From Ramazzottius varieornatus (taxonomy: Eukaryota > Animalia > Tardigrada): a stretch of DNA of 64,000 nt. The translations under genes and the position numbers were made by a program. The notes under the pieces are model-generated. The model was not told the DNA's origin and did not search any database. It saw only the letters and a program-made list of their open reading frames with translations. The stretch covers positions 124,001 through 188,000 of the forward strand of contig BDGG01000002.1 of the NCBI GenBank assembly GCA_001949185.1, given 5' to 3'. Of the stretch, positions 50,612 to 62,678 are shown piece by piece (positions within the stretch are counted from its first letter, which is position 1; the number at the start of each line of letters is the position of its first letter).

Positions 50612-51278
50612 AGAAAAACGGTCCTGGCTACTTCATTTGCCTGCATTCCAGATGGCACCCAACACAGAAACCTCGTATAGACTTCACTAATTGTTTGTGG
50701 AGAAGAGAGGAACGCCGGCGTCGTGATATACAAGAGGCTGAACGGGAAATTATGGCGCACTTTATCTTAATTATCCTTTCATGAATGTCGAGGACCTGTC
50801 ACTTGGCTTTCTGCTTCAAGTGCCATGATGGGAGCGCGTAGGATGACTATGATGATCTGAATGGCATCCCGCTGGCAAGATCCACGCTACTTTTGTTGGT
50901 TTGGAGCGCTGGTTTGCAAATACCAGAAATACCTTTTTCTACTGTGGGATAATGGCTTGATAGCCAATGGCATTTCTGCGACTATTTTTGTCCGCCAGAC
51001 ACTGTTTGAACCATCCATGACAGTAAGTTGATACAGAGCCTCGTTAGTCCGCTTGTTTCAACTTGAAAGACGTACAGCGCTGCTGACAATCTCCTGTGAG
51101 AATGTTAGCGTACTCCCCAGCCAGAAGTCCTGTATAAACTGTGAAGTGGGAACCAGACCCGAAAGCTGACTTTAGTAGTGAGTAGTCAATTTCTCACACG
51201 GCACTCGATAAAGGACACGACTTCTGCCGAAACGGTATCGAGGACTCTGCAGCTGCGAGCCGGAAACAGGTTCGAACG

Positions 51279-52400
51279 TTATCGCTGATCAAGAAACCAT
51301 AGGGAAGAACCGACCACCACTTTGGGATCGTTCCTTCCATCCAGCTGTAAAGGAAACCAAAACGCTTTGCACAAAGTATGCTGATATCATATGCCTGTTT
51401 CGAAAATGTGCATTGCGATTTACTAGAGGAAGAATATAGGAGACCAGCAAGTGCATTTAGAAAAATGTAGTTTAAGGTGGCGCACCCTCCCGGACTAACA
51501 GCGGATGCGTGCGCCACTTCACACAACATTCGGCGCGTTCCGATTTCAGGCCTCCCAGATAGTCTTTTGCAATATTTCTGACCTGCAGCAGTTTATCTTT
51601 CGTGTCCAATTACTCGAGGATCTGCAAAGTCTTTTCCTGGAAAAGATCGTTTCGTTTCTGAACAAATTCTTTCGTGTCGTCTCGTCGTACGCCCTTGAGC
51701 CGACGGAGCGCAGCTCGTTGGTAGGTTTCACTGAGTGGGATATCGAGATGAACCGCACCCATACAGTCTCCAACCTATACAACTCTGTACTGTTCACCGA
51801 ATATCTATATTTGACTTGGCAGTCTATTCAGACAGAAAGCCATACTTCTCTTTCAAAGCGGACAAGCTCGTTGATAGACTGGGGAAACCCGTGGATCAGG
51901 AATGGTCGACCTCGGGCCTTGAACTTAGAGACGCTCGTGTTGAGAAGGCGGAAGACGGACTTCTGTAAACTGAGACAGCCAAGTTCATCATCAGTTCTGG
52001 AACTCTCTGTGTATTACGTATCACTTGCCCGAGGAGCCAGATCTGCCGACACATTGGTCCGCAGTTCGTCTTTGTAATCACGCTGAAGCAGGAACCTTTC
52101 TCGTAGAGTTTGCCCGACGTTGATGTACGAGTAATCTCGAGCAGTCTTCAGTCCAATAGCTAGCATACATTTACCGCTGGCTGGGGGAACTGTTCAAGTC
52201 GTATATGGGGATGAAGGGACGTTGGTAAAATTGATGACTCGATCGTTCCCCCAGGTGGCGCATGCTGACAGCCGACAACACTGAAAACATGCGCCACTTG
52301 AAGAATCCCATCCACGTTCAGTTGCTAACGGTGTGCAACAGACCTGGGAGGAAGATGGATGGTTAGGTGGTGAGTCTTGGCTTCGCGAATAGCTCGACTT
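51279..52400 (-). pseudogene. Adenylate/NMP kinase-like gene with in-frame stops (not in ORF track)
   Basis: Spliced reading: SIFLPVPPASGKCM...YSYINVGQTLRE...ADLAPR|KSVFRLL...FLIHGFPQSINELVRFERE|VG..AVHLDI...RRDDTKEFVQKR...ILE*LD..LLQ|LDGRND...; TAA at 51612-51610 and near 52364; one GC donor assumed. Confidence 0.65.
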
Positions 52401-52878
52401 CTAGACGCAGTCGCCAGACAGGGGTTGCAAAGCAGTTGAATCTTCCATGACCTTTCTGGTCGTGGTCCACCGCGGTCTCGTTCATTCCGAGGGTGAATGA
52501 GTACGGGATATTGTGGAAAGAATACTGCAAAACATCGCTAAGTACGAGTGGCCAGAAAAGCACAGTTCACTATCAATTATCCACATGGTTCGAGTGTAAA
52601 CCAAAGTAGACGTCGTGATGGAAACTTTGGATGCGAAAGACGTATAATTTAAGAGTTACAATACCATCGAGATTCGGCACGGAAAATTACGCAAAAATAT
52701 TCCATACAATCGCGAGATAACGTTTAGATATTTTCTAGATCTAGAAACTTAAAGGCAGCAGACAATGGAACGCACGAACTGGTAGAATTTGTGGAAAGTG
52801 GGGATATTCCTACGATGACTATCCCGCAAAACACCTTCCGCAACCACCGGTTCAGTACATTAACTGCAGCGCGCGGAT

Positions 52879-54003
52879 TTAGATTTCATAGTTGCGAAAT
52901 TTGTTAAGCAGATCAGATGCATCGTTCCTGGACCAGAAGACCCGGGATTCAATGGTGTTCTCTTGGCTATCAAAAGCCAAGTGCCTTGGCTCCTGCCCCT
53001 CGGAAAGAGAAGACGGGTCTTGGTTCCCTGAAGCGCCATTGATGGCACCAGATTCGATGGCGGGCTCCTGCTTTGCTTTCGTCGCCCAGTGCATCGACTA
53101 TGAAAAGGGACATTCACTTTGGATCGAATGTTCTTACATGAAAGAATGAAAACTATAAATTTAATGTACCATTTTGATGCTGTCCTTCCTTGCTATCCAT
53201 TCCTCATATCTGCACAAAAACACCAGACATGAGCTGAGGAACGTTCTCTGCATCAGGTATGAAGAAACGGGAGGGAATCCCTTGGGTCGCTCTCTTGGTT
53301 ACTCGGCGAAGTGCATTTAATATCCATTCGGCTTTTGACGATTGATCGAAAGTCGGCATTTCTCCGGAGACTACCAATAATGCATGTGACTTACGGCAAT
53401 GAAATCCCGCTACGGCGCCATGTGTCATAGTCCTCTCGACTTTTCTCGTCCGTCAAAATTTCTTTGGCTCTTTGCAATCTCTGTAAATGAATCAATAATA
53501 TAACTCCCTAGTGCCATGAATGTTTCTCTTATCGAATAAGTCACGATACGTTATTGTCCACACCTTATTCGATATTCGAGGCTCTCTGAGCTTTCGGTGG
53601 GAAATATTCATCCGAAACTGTCCAACTGAATGAGAAACATGCGAGACCAATACTTAAGTGGCGCACGTTTCCAGCCAACAACACTAAAGGCACGCGCCAC
53701 TTCGGAAGACAATATTGCCAGGCTGGCTTGCCGAACCTTTGCATGGCCTGCTTACCTGGAACTTGTCCACTGCCTTCGGATCATGTCGGTTCTTGTCCGG
53801 ATGGCAGTTCACTGCTCGTATTCGGTACTCGGCTAAAATCTGTTCTGCCTGCGCAATGCAATGACTCATCCTCTGTCTACAGACATTCTACATCACAGAA
53901 GAGTCCCAGCAGGAAGTGAACATACCGAAGAAAGCTCGTCGCAGCCGATGATGGCATACAGATCGTCTGCTGGGTCCAACTTGTAGTCGAAGATCGCATT
54001 CAT
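52879..54003 (-). CDS. DNAJC12: J-domain protein DNAJC12
   Basis: MNAIFDYK..DDLYAIIGCDELSS|AEQILAEY...CHPDK...KFQ|RLQRAKEILTDEKSREDYDTWRRSG...SMHW...DLLNKFRNYEI*. Confidence 0.93.
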
Positions 54004-55146
54004 TTCCGATGAGATATTTTCCTCTCTTCTCTCACAGGTACAGTGTCAAGCATAGAACGGAAGACTAAGATCAGGGAAAATTACTCGTGGCAACTTGGAT
54101 TCAAGAGGGAATTAACGTTCAAGGCAAGGAAGAATCTTCAGCAAGCGCAGTTTCCAGCTCGTTGACTTTCGATCAGTTAAAGCAGGACGGTGTCAATATC
54201 AACTCGATGAAGTGTGCTGCTTCATCCAAGTTTGCCCATGTTGGGTAATCACACAGTTGTAAGTAGGTGCGACTGGGATAATCAGTGCGTCAATGATATC
54301 GATCCGACGATAACATCTTGGCCCGCGTCCTTCAAATCTTGACTTGATGGTTTACTCAACCAACTCCACCCAATTTACACCAGCATTTACCCAAGATTGA
54401 TTTTGAGCAGTAAGTTTCTAGTTGATACAAATACTGGACCAATACCAACCGAAACAGGGTTCGCTGTCGTTTCTCCCAGTTTGTACCTCGCCTCGACAGT
54501 ACCGAAGCCTAATACACAGACTCAGAGCAGCTTGTGGATAGTCTATAAAGGTGGCGCTTTGCTCGTTCGGCTTCGGCTCATCTACAGTGCCTCTTTCTTA
54601 AGGCAAAGTTCTTCCACATTGTCTGTGGAAGATCTCGGCGATTTTTCTAAACTCTTTCCCTTGATGGCTGCAGACGTTTCGCCTATTCTGCCTTTAACGC
54701 GGCTGGTTCTTTGCAGACATCCTCCTGCGGTTAACTGCCTGCTGTGATACTAGCCGTTCCTTCCAAGCACAGTACGATTTCAAGACTGTATACGAATGTG
54801 GCACCGTAAAGCCATGTCGCCAGACGCCAACGATGCCGACTGGTTCAGCCTACCAATGAGACTTCCTCGCATCCGGTGATGGAGTACACTTTGTCCTCTT
54901 GTGTCCAAGATTATGTTCCAAGTGGCGCACGCTTCCAGCTGAAAACCTTCGAACCGTGCGCCACTTGTGAAAAAACCTTGCCGAGATTTTGTATGATGCC
55001 AATCCACATTTTTCTTACATGAAATACCGTGGAAAACTGACGAATGAAGCTCTCAAGCTCACAGCAGGATACATTTCAATAAAATATGGACTAACAAATT
55101 ATGGTAAGGACAGAAATAAAATTGAAACTGCATGAAAAGGCATAAA

Positions 55147-55739
55147 CTATTGTTTCTCATCATGGATATCATAACCGGGTTTCGTTCCACCACTTTTGTG
55201 CAATAAACGTATTTCTCTAACACAAATACTATGGCTCAAGGCTTTACACATGTCATATACAGTCAAAGCAGCGACGGAGACGGCAGTCAGGGCCTCCATC
55301 TCCACACCGGTCTTCCAAGTAGCTTCCGCCGTCGCTTCTAGAATAATCTCTTTCTTCTCTTCATCAAACCTATGAACAATATTCACGACATCTAGGGGAA
55401 TGTTATGACATAGCGGGATGAGGTCCCACGTCTTCTTGGCTGCCAACACGCCGGCCAGCTTGGCTACGGCCATGACGTCACCCTTCTTCATTTCGTTATT
55501 GAGGATCTTGTGGAGGATTTCGTCGGAGACGGCCACACGTGCTTCGGCGACTGCTTTCCGGTGAGCGACGGGTTTGGATGAGACGCAAACCATGTTGGCT
55601 TTGCCTTCGGAGTTGACATGGCTAAAGTCACGGGGAGGATTGGAGGACGTTGAGTAGAAATGGACGGGATGGGAAGGTGAAGGCAAGGTTAGAAGGCGAA
55701 AGGATGGGCAGAATACTCTGATGAAAGACTTCCATGAAT
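55147..55739 (-). CDS. MOCS1: MOCS1B (MoaC, cPMP synthase) exon of bicistronic MOCS1
   Basis: SHVNSEGKANMV, KKGDV..VAKLAG..AAKKT..LIPLCHNI, GVEMEALTAVSVAALTVYDMCKA, KSGG; preceded by a TTTTCTAG acceptor. Confidence 0.93.
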
Positions 55740-55821
55740 CTAGAAAAGAAATGTACCACCATAGACGTGAAATCACATTGAGAGCTCAACAAACAAACAA
55801 ACCCGCCAAGATCGTTTTTCC

Positions 55822-56125
55822 AAGTGGCGCACATTGTTGGTCTTGCAAGTTAAAAGCATCCGCCACTTGAAAGAAAGTCCATTTGCCCGGTTTGATTGTT
55901 TTCTCAAGCGGCGGACATTTCCGGTATCGCTAGCTGGGAGCTGGAGGCGTGCGCCACTCGGAAAACGATCTTCTCGAAAAAAGATTGTCTATCAAGCAAC
56001 GCACTTTTACGGTGTAGTTGACCGAAAGAGAGCGCCAATTAGAAAACGATGGAATCTGATTGCTTTTCAAAGTGGCGCATGTTTCAAAGTGGCGCATGTG
56101 CCACTGACCAGAATTCTGCGCCACT
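55822..56125. repeat. Array of 4+ N25 inverted-motif units between MOCS1A and MOCS1B
   Basis: Left half-sites at 55822, 55906, 55994, 56070, plus a local duplication. Confidence 0.85.
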
Positions 56126-56270
56126 TGCAAGTGCAATCTTTTCGAGTTTGTTTTTCCACTCCTTTGAGAAGAAAAAGCGAACGAGCATAGAGAAGCGATG
56201 AGAAGCAAGTCTAAGTTAGCTTCTTACTCGACGGCACTCTGTAGAGGTAGGGAAGAAGGATATGTATTCA

Positions 56271-58508
56271 TCACCCACCAATCAAAATCATTGGACGTCC
56301 TGGTGCCTTCGCGATGTTCAGCATACCTGAAAACGAAACTTGTGTACCGGTAAGCAACTCGAAGAACTACAGAAGTTGAACCCAACATCTTACACCTGAG
56401 AAAACACTATAGAAAATCGTCACAGTGAACGGGATAATCCACATCGAACTCACACTGTGCGCATCACCGTCACACAAGTTCTAACATTCAACATACCAGC
56501 ATGTTGTTTCTTTTTTCGCTTGACAGCCACACCGATCACTTGCCGCAGTTCGTCGTCAGTAGCACCCGAACGAAGGACATCCCGTAAAGAGACCTCCGCG
56601 TTGCCGAACAGGCAGACCTACAACATAGAACTGCCATCGAAGTACTTCCCAGTTAACGGCAGTCGTCCAGTACCAAACGAAAAGCCAAACGTTCAGAACT
56701 ACACAAGCCAATCTTTAAGAAACGGTTTATGTACCTTCAGATTTCCATCGGCGGTAAGTCGTAGGCGGTTACACGTCCCACAGAAGTTGTTGGTCATGGA
56801 TGTGACGAAGCCGAACTGCCCAACGTGTCCGGGAACTCGATACGCCTACGAGACACAGTCCGTAGTCTTCTGGTTTGCTACCACAAAAAGTACTGACACA
56901 CTTCCCGGGAAACGCATACCTTTGAAGTATCGTTGGCTTTGTCGGGCAGCCGTTCGAGCTTCGAATATTTCCTCTTGATGATATCCAGCATTTCGACGTA
57001 GGGCACAATCTTTTTGTCGTTCCACTTGTTGTCAGCGAACGGCATGTACTCGATAAACCTGACATCCACAGCCTACAATACAACAAACATACAGTAACTG
57101 GGACGTAAGTAAACAGACTGTGCAAGATCGTTGTTCCCAAGTGGCGCACGCTTCCAGCCTCTAACACTGTGACAGTGCGCCACTCGGGGAAGCCGTCTCG
57201 CAAGGTCTGTTTGCCGGGCCGCCATGTCCGGTCATCGCTCTAGAAGACTGACCGGAAGTCAGGAAATTTCCTACACGTAGGACGAGAAATTATGGTACAG
57301 TAAAAATTATGGTACAGGCCTGTTCGCTACGGCGGTACGGGAGCACGTACGTACGCGACCGATTCACAGTAATACATTTTTCGACACTTTTCTACGGTCG
57401 AATTTCCATGTTGCCGTCCTTTCCGCCTGTACCATAGTTTTTACTGTACCATACTTTCTCGTCCTGCGTGTACCTTGTTCTGTGTCCACCGGACAAAGTC
57501 GACCATTTCCTCCTCGTTGACTCCCCTCGTCACCACACAGTTCAGCTTCAAAGGAACAAGCCCGGCCTCCAGTGCTGCATCGATACCTTCGATCACCTTC
57601 TCCCAACCTCGTCGCCTAGTTATCAGCTCGAACTTGGCAGGTATCAGGGTATCCAAGCTGACGTTCACCGAACGAAGCCCGGCTTTAAGGAGTGAAGGCA
57701 ACTTCCGTGTTAGAAGAAGGCCGTTGGTGGTCAGGACCACTTCTTCCAACCCTGGTAAGTCATCCAGCCTCTCTGCGAGGAAAAGATTGCATCAGTATAA
57801 CCCTCTGAAAAATCAGCCATGGATTGGAGTTGGATGGAAGGTACGCTTACGACATATTTCCACGATATCGGGTCGCAGCAAAGGTTCACCGCCCGTCAGT
57901 CGGATCTTCTTGACTCCTCCGCGGACGAATGTGGAAGCAAGGCGGATAATTTCCTCTGTGCTTAACAGATGGTCTTTCTTCGTGAGAGGTACGCCTTCTG
58001 CCGGCATGCAATACTGGCCTGCTCGAAATACAAAGAACGATTTTCCACAGCAGGAATGTAACATGTTATCACAAGACGTTAAGCATAATACAGGACGCAC
58101 AGCGCAGGTTGCATTTCTCGGTAAGGCTGATCCTCAAATAAGAGTGCTTCCTCCCGAAACTATCCACGAGGAATTCATCTACATCGGCGTCGTCCAAGAC
58201 ATCAGATTGCTGCAGAAGAGAATATTCTTATAGGTGAACTACACAATTACAGGCCGAAAAGATACACTTCTAAGTGGCGTAAGCTTCCAGCCAATAACAC
58301 TGTCCACGTGCGCCACTTACAAAATCAGCCATATCAGTCATATCGAGTCCGGCATATTTGTACTTACCCTCGCCTTGGATGGTCGGAGGAAGGTGTTGTC
58401 ATCTGAAATGAGGGCTGCTGAGGCTGGAAGCGATAAGCTCCGTTTCTGATGAGCGACAGGGCGTAGCGACTGCTGGAACAGCTTCCAGAGTCTTTTGGAA
58501 GACATCAT
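56271..58508 (-). CDS. MOCS1: MOCS1A (MoaA, radical SAM GTP 3',8-cyclase)
   Basis: Mitochondrial-like leader; [13 protein letters not shown]|CQYCMP; RLTGGEP; TTNG; NVSLDTL; RFIEYMPF; FCGTCNRLR; C-terminal RPMILIGG*. Confidence 0.95.
57274..57470. mobile_element. 197-bp MITE, ~46-bp TIRs, TA TSD, in a MOCS1 intron
   Basis: CACGTAGGACGAGAAATTATGGTACAGTAAAAATTATGGTACAGGC vs reverse complement of 57425-57470 (3 mismatches); TA at 57272-3 and 57471-2. Confidence 0.88.
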
Positions 58509-58807
58509 CCGGTGGTTTCAGTGAGGGAAACCAGGTGACGGCGCACTGCGTAGTCCTAGATCCAGACTTCCGAACGGTAGCGGACCTGCAGCAACACAGT
58601 TACGTCGAAGGCCCAACAAAACATGAGGCCTCGAGGCTTTTCCGCCGATTGCACGAAATGCTTTCAGATCCTTTGCGGATGCATGTCGCTGAACGGTCTG
58701 AACCAGCTGATCGAAAAGAATGCAACTTATGCAAGGCAGCAAGTGAAAGCAGCCCGATGTTCGTGTACTCAAGTCTCTGCTGAAACCTCAGTTGTCCGAT
58801 TAACCTC

Positions 58808-58824
58808 GCTCTTGTGGCGCAACT

Positions 58825-58864
<40 letters not shown>

Positions 58865-58881
58865 GAATCCACCCAGGAGCG
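58808..58881 (+). tRNA. tRNA-Asn (GTT)
   Basis: GCTCTTGTGGCGCAACTGGTTAGCGCGTTCGGCTGTTAACCGAAAGGTTGGTGGTTCGAATCCACCCAGGAGCG; A and B boxes; T5 Pol III terminator at 58884. Confidence 0.97.
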
Positions 58882-59049
58882 TCTTTTTGCTGTTAGATGC
58901 ACCTTAATTTTCGTTTCACGCTTATGCGAAAGCTGCAAAGTAGTGCAAACGACATAAGATCAAAGACCTTTTTGTACTTCCGGTGGACTTGACTGTTTCT
59001 TCTGCTCGTATCGCGTCAGTTTGGTGGAAATCTGGAACAACGACTAGAC

Positions 59050-60655
59050 ATGTCGCAGATACCTATGTTTCGGGAAAGTTTTCAGCATGCCTCAAAGGAG
59101 CTTCTTCACTGGTTTCCGGGACATATGGCCAAAGGTAAGCTTCGCAAGGTGATCTTGCAATGCCTCCTGTTGATCTGCACCCACGTTGTGCTTCCAGGCC
59201 TAAGAGTAATGCAGCAAAAGCTACGCTCGATGGACGGCATCATTGAAGTGCACGACGCAAGAATACCCTTCTCCGGAAGGAACCCTCTTTTCGAAGACAG
59301 GCTAGCTTCCGTCCGACCGCATCTCTTCGTCCTCAACAAAATCGACCTCGCTGACATGTCCCGGAAGGATGAGATCGTCTCCAGACTCAAGTACGAAGGA
59401 GTCACCGAAGTGATACTTACGAATTTGAAAAACGGCCAAGATAAGGCCAGCAAAGAGGTACTTCAGTATCGTTCGGTGGCAAGTCATAGGGTTAAATCTG
59501 CGTACTGTGCACTGTAACAGTATAAAATGTGTTGACCTACGGCTCACCACATATGGTACGAGTACTGTATGTTCACTCGGTCTTTCTTGCAGATTGTTTC
59601 CAAAATGATCGACATGATCAAATCCGGAACTCGGTTCGATAGGGCAATGGTAAGCAATATCTCCAGCTTCTAATTGCGCAAAATAAGTTTATCTCTGTGC
59701 TTTGCGCTAGGGTAGACGTCGCCTTCAAGCTACAACTTGCTGGTTATCGGTATTCCCAACGTGGGAAAATCTTCCCTAATAAATCGGATACGGACAGTTC
59801 ACACGAAACGAGGTACGAACTTTCCTTCCGCTCTAGCTTCTTACTGTCCAGAGTCTGCGTTTTTATAGAAGGGAAAGCTGCACCAGTCGGAGCTGAGCCA
59901 GGAGTAACTCGCGCAGTGCAGCAAGGTATCCTGGTGAACATAAAGCCCAAAGTCTACATCCTGGATTCTCCTGGTATCGCCCAACCTCGCGTCAATAACG
60001 TGGTGGAAGGCATGAAGCTAGCCCTCTGCAATATCATCCACGACCACAAGGTCGGTATCGATATAGTTGCCGACTTCCTCCTCTTCTACATGAACAAAGC
60101 TGCCGACTTCCGGTACGGCATCGAAGAGCATCTTACGAAATTATTTAGTAAATTCAACGTTTCGGTGTTGGCAGGTATGTCAAGGCTTTCAACTTAGATA
60201 ACCCGACCGATAAGATAATGGAAGTCTTGGTGAAAATTGCTGTCGACCAGAATATATACCATAAGGTCAAGCCTGTAACGGGTAAGCTGACAAGAAAATT
60301 CTGCCAAGTGGCGCATGGCCTTGGTACTGTTAACAGAGAGCTCGCGCCACTTGCATCAACGATCTTTTCTAGTCTCATTGTTTTCCCAAGTGGCGCATGC
60401 TTGCAGTCTTTATGGCCGATAGCGTGCGGCACTTGGAACAACGATGGTGCTGAGCGGGGTCTGATTGCATTTCAGAGCTTTTGTATAATTTACACAGGTG
60501 GTCCGTGGATGGAAAAGTTGAACCTGGAACAGGCTGCGTATTTCATGGTGCGGAAGTTTCGAAGTGGTGAACTAGGAAAAATTTGTCTGGATTCAGATCA
60601 GCTACCGACACATACCACAGCCACTCTTTCTCGACAGAGGGCCAGGTCAAGATGA
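59050..60655 (+). CDS. MTG1: Mitochondrial ribosome-associated GTPase 1
   Basis: WFPGHMAKG, IEVHDARIPFSGRNP, LNKIDLAD, VIGIPNVGKSSLIN, VGAEPGVTRAV, ILDSPGI, FRSGELGK. Confidence 0.95.
60306..60434. repeat. Tandem pair of the N25 inverted motif (MTG1 intron)
   Basis: Units at 60306 and 60388, spacer 25, period 82. Confidence 0.88.
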
Positions 60656-60909
60656 CAGTAGGATATTTTGTAATTCCTTCCCTACTCTTCTTCTTGTTTT
60701 CTCTTCTTGGTTTTAATCTTGGGTTGAAGTCGGACCTTGCGCTAGGTGTGATATCCTGTACAGTTACGATTGTGTCTCTGCCGATAAAGCCGTGCTATCA
60801 GGTCGACTCCCTTATCACAAGTCTGTGCTCGAGGATCGAAGAGTTCGGCCAGCGGTACAACATTCTTTGTCCAGACCGATGCAGTATCGTTTCTGGATTG
60901 TACGTTAAA

Positions 60910-62678
60910 ATGGGTCTCCCCGTCTTGACTGACACGGATATTAGAGACCTCGTCGCGGAGGTCTTTGGTCTGAAGGTGACGTCCAGTAAAAGGCTGGACG
61001 GATATGATGACGTCAACTACCACGTGAAGGTTTCACCCACCTCCCAAAATGCCCATTTCCTTTCTCTTTCGGAAGATGGGTACATCCTGAAGATCGGTAA
61101 TCCGAACGTATCGTCGAATCTGGACAACATCGATGCGCAAAATGCGATGATGATGTACCTCAACGAGAACCTCAGCAATGTGGAAGTCTCTCTTCCCCTT
61201 CCGTCCACCAGAGGAAACTACAAAGAAGTGGTCAACGTGCCTCTCCACGAGAATGTCGACCCATTAAACGGTAAAACGGGAACTTTAGCACACAAACGGG
61301 ACGAAATCGTTTTCCTATGTGGCGCACCTTTCCAGCCAATAACATCGGGAAAGCGCACCACTTTGAGAAGCAATTCGACTAGATGGTTCGATCAAGTGGA
61401 ACACGCTTGCAGTACGAGGAGCACTCGTACTCGTACTAATAGTGGAAAAGCGCGCCGTTTTGAGATGGGGTTTGATCGGGTTAGTTTGGCGAGCTTCCAT
61501 CTGATACGGCGCTGTTTCCATTCGATCTACAAGCTGCTTGGTATGTAGATGATGTGTGTTTTTGTCGTAGGAGATGCGCCACCTTTGAAGGTAGTAGTGC
61601 GCATGCTGACCTTCATCAAGGGTACAACCATGTTCCACGTCAAAAGTGAGCCGGGACGGGAAGTGCTCATCAGCATCGGACGTCTCACCGGTCAACTCAT
61701 TCATTCTTTGAAGGTATCAAAGTGCATCTGCCGCGATCGACATGATGGAAATAAAAGTGAAGTGACGTTTTACTTTCCTCTTCGTATCTCGACATCTTAC
61801 TATACGGTTCGTTGACAGTTGCGGTGGCCAACTTTTGTTTTTCAACAGGGCTTTGATCACCCGGGCGTCATAACAGCAAAAGAGTTCCGCTGGTCGCTGG
61901 AGAATGCGCCTGATGTGGAGGACAAGATGCATGCCGTGGATGACCCCAACCAAAGAGGATGTTTCAGTCAAGTTCTGGCTGATTTTGAAGACATGAAAAA
62001 GAAATGGTGCGATAAGTGTCCACAAGGTACGAAAGAGTATTGGCAATCAATACGCTGCTCAGCAATGGTTCCGGTGTTCAAATTCTCTTTGGTTTCGAGT
62101 TCCGGTGGGAAGATCTCTCCGGCAGCTATTTTTCGAACTTTTCCTACGGTAATCCTCACGGGTATAATTGTGTGTCTATAGGTATCATTTTCGGTGATCT
62201 AAATGAAGGCAATATTTTCCTGGAGGAACTTCCGGTCTCCTGTTGGGACAGTGCCGAGTATTACGTCAAGGGTATCGTCGACTTTGCCGACCACCACCGC
62301 TGCTGTAGTGTCTTCGAGCTGGCCTTGTCCATGTGCTACATGATGCTGGAATCCTGCCGAAAAGGCACGGTGCGGCCCATCGAAGCCGGTGGTCTCGTTC
62401 TAGCTGGATACCTGCAAAGCAACACCCTGACAGAAGGCGAACAACACATGCTGAAAATCTCCATCGAGGCGCGCTGCGTGCAGTCCTTGGTGATGGGCCA
62501 GTACTCCTTCAAGTACATCTACCCCGACAACCTCTATGTCCTCAATACACAAACGAGCGGCTGGCAAGTCCTTCAGCAGCTGCGCCAACTGACTGCTAAA
62601 GAACTGTGGTCCATCTGGGACCAAGTCCTTTCCGCCGTCAACACAACGGACGGTACGCTGACCAATGACCACCATTAA
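60910..62678 (+). CDS. HYKK: Hydroxylysine kinase / aminoglycoside phosphotransferase-family protein
   Basis: LDGYDDVNYHV, YILKI, VRMLTFIKG, WSLEN, GIIFGDLNEGNI, GIVDFAD, VFELALSMCYMML, VLAGY. Confidence 0.85.

Noticed and set aside
57475-58233. 252-aa plus-strand ORF
   Set aside because: Antisense to MOCS1A exons.
60583-60909. Hydrophobic N-terminal extension of HYKK in the ORF track
   Set aside because: Overlaps the MTG1 stop and T-rich 3' UTR; HYKK similarity starts at ATG 60910.
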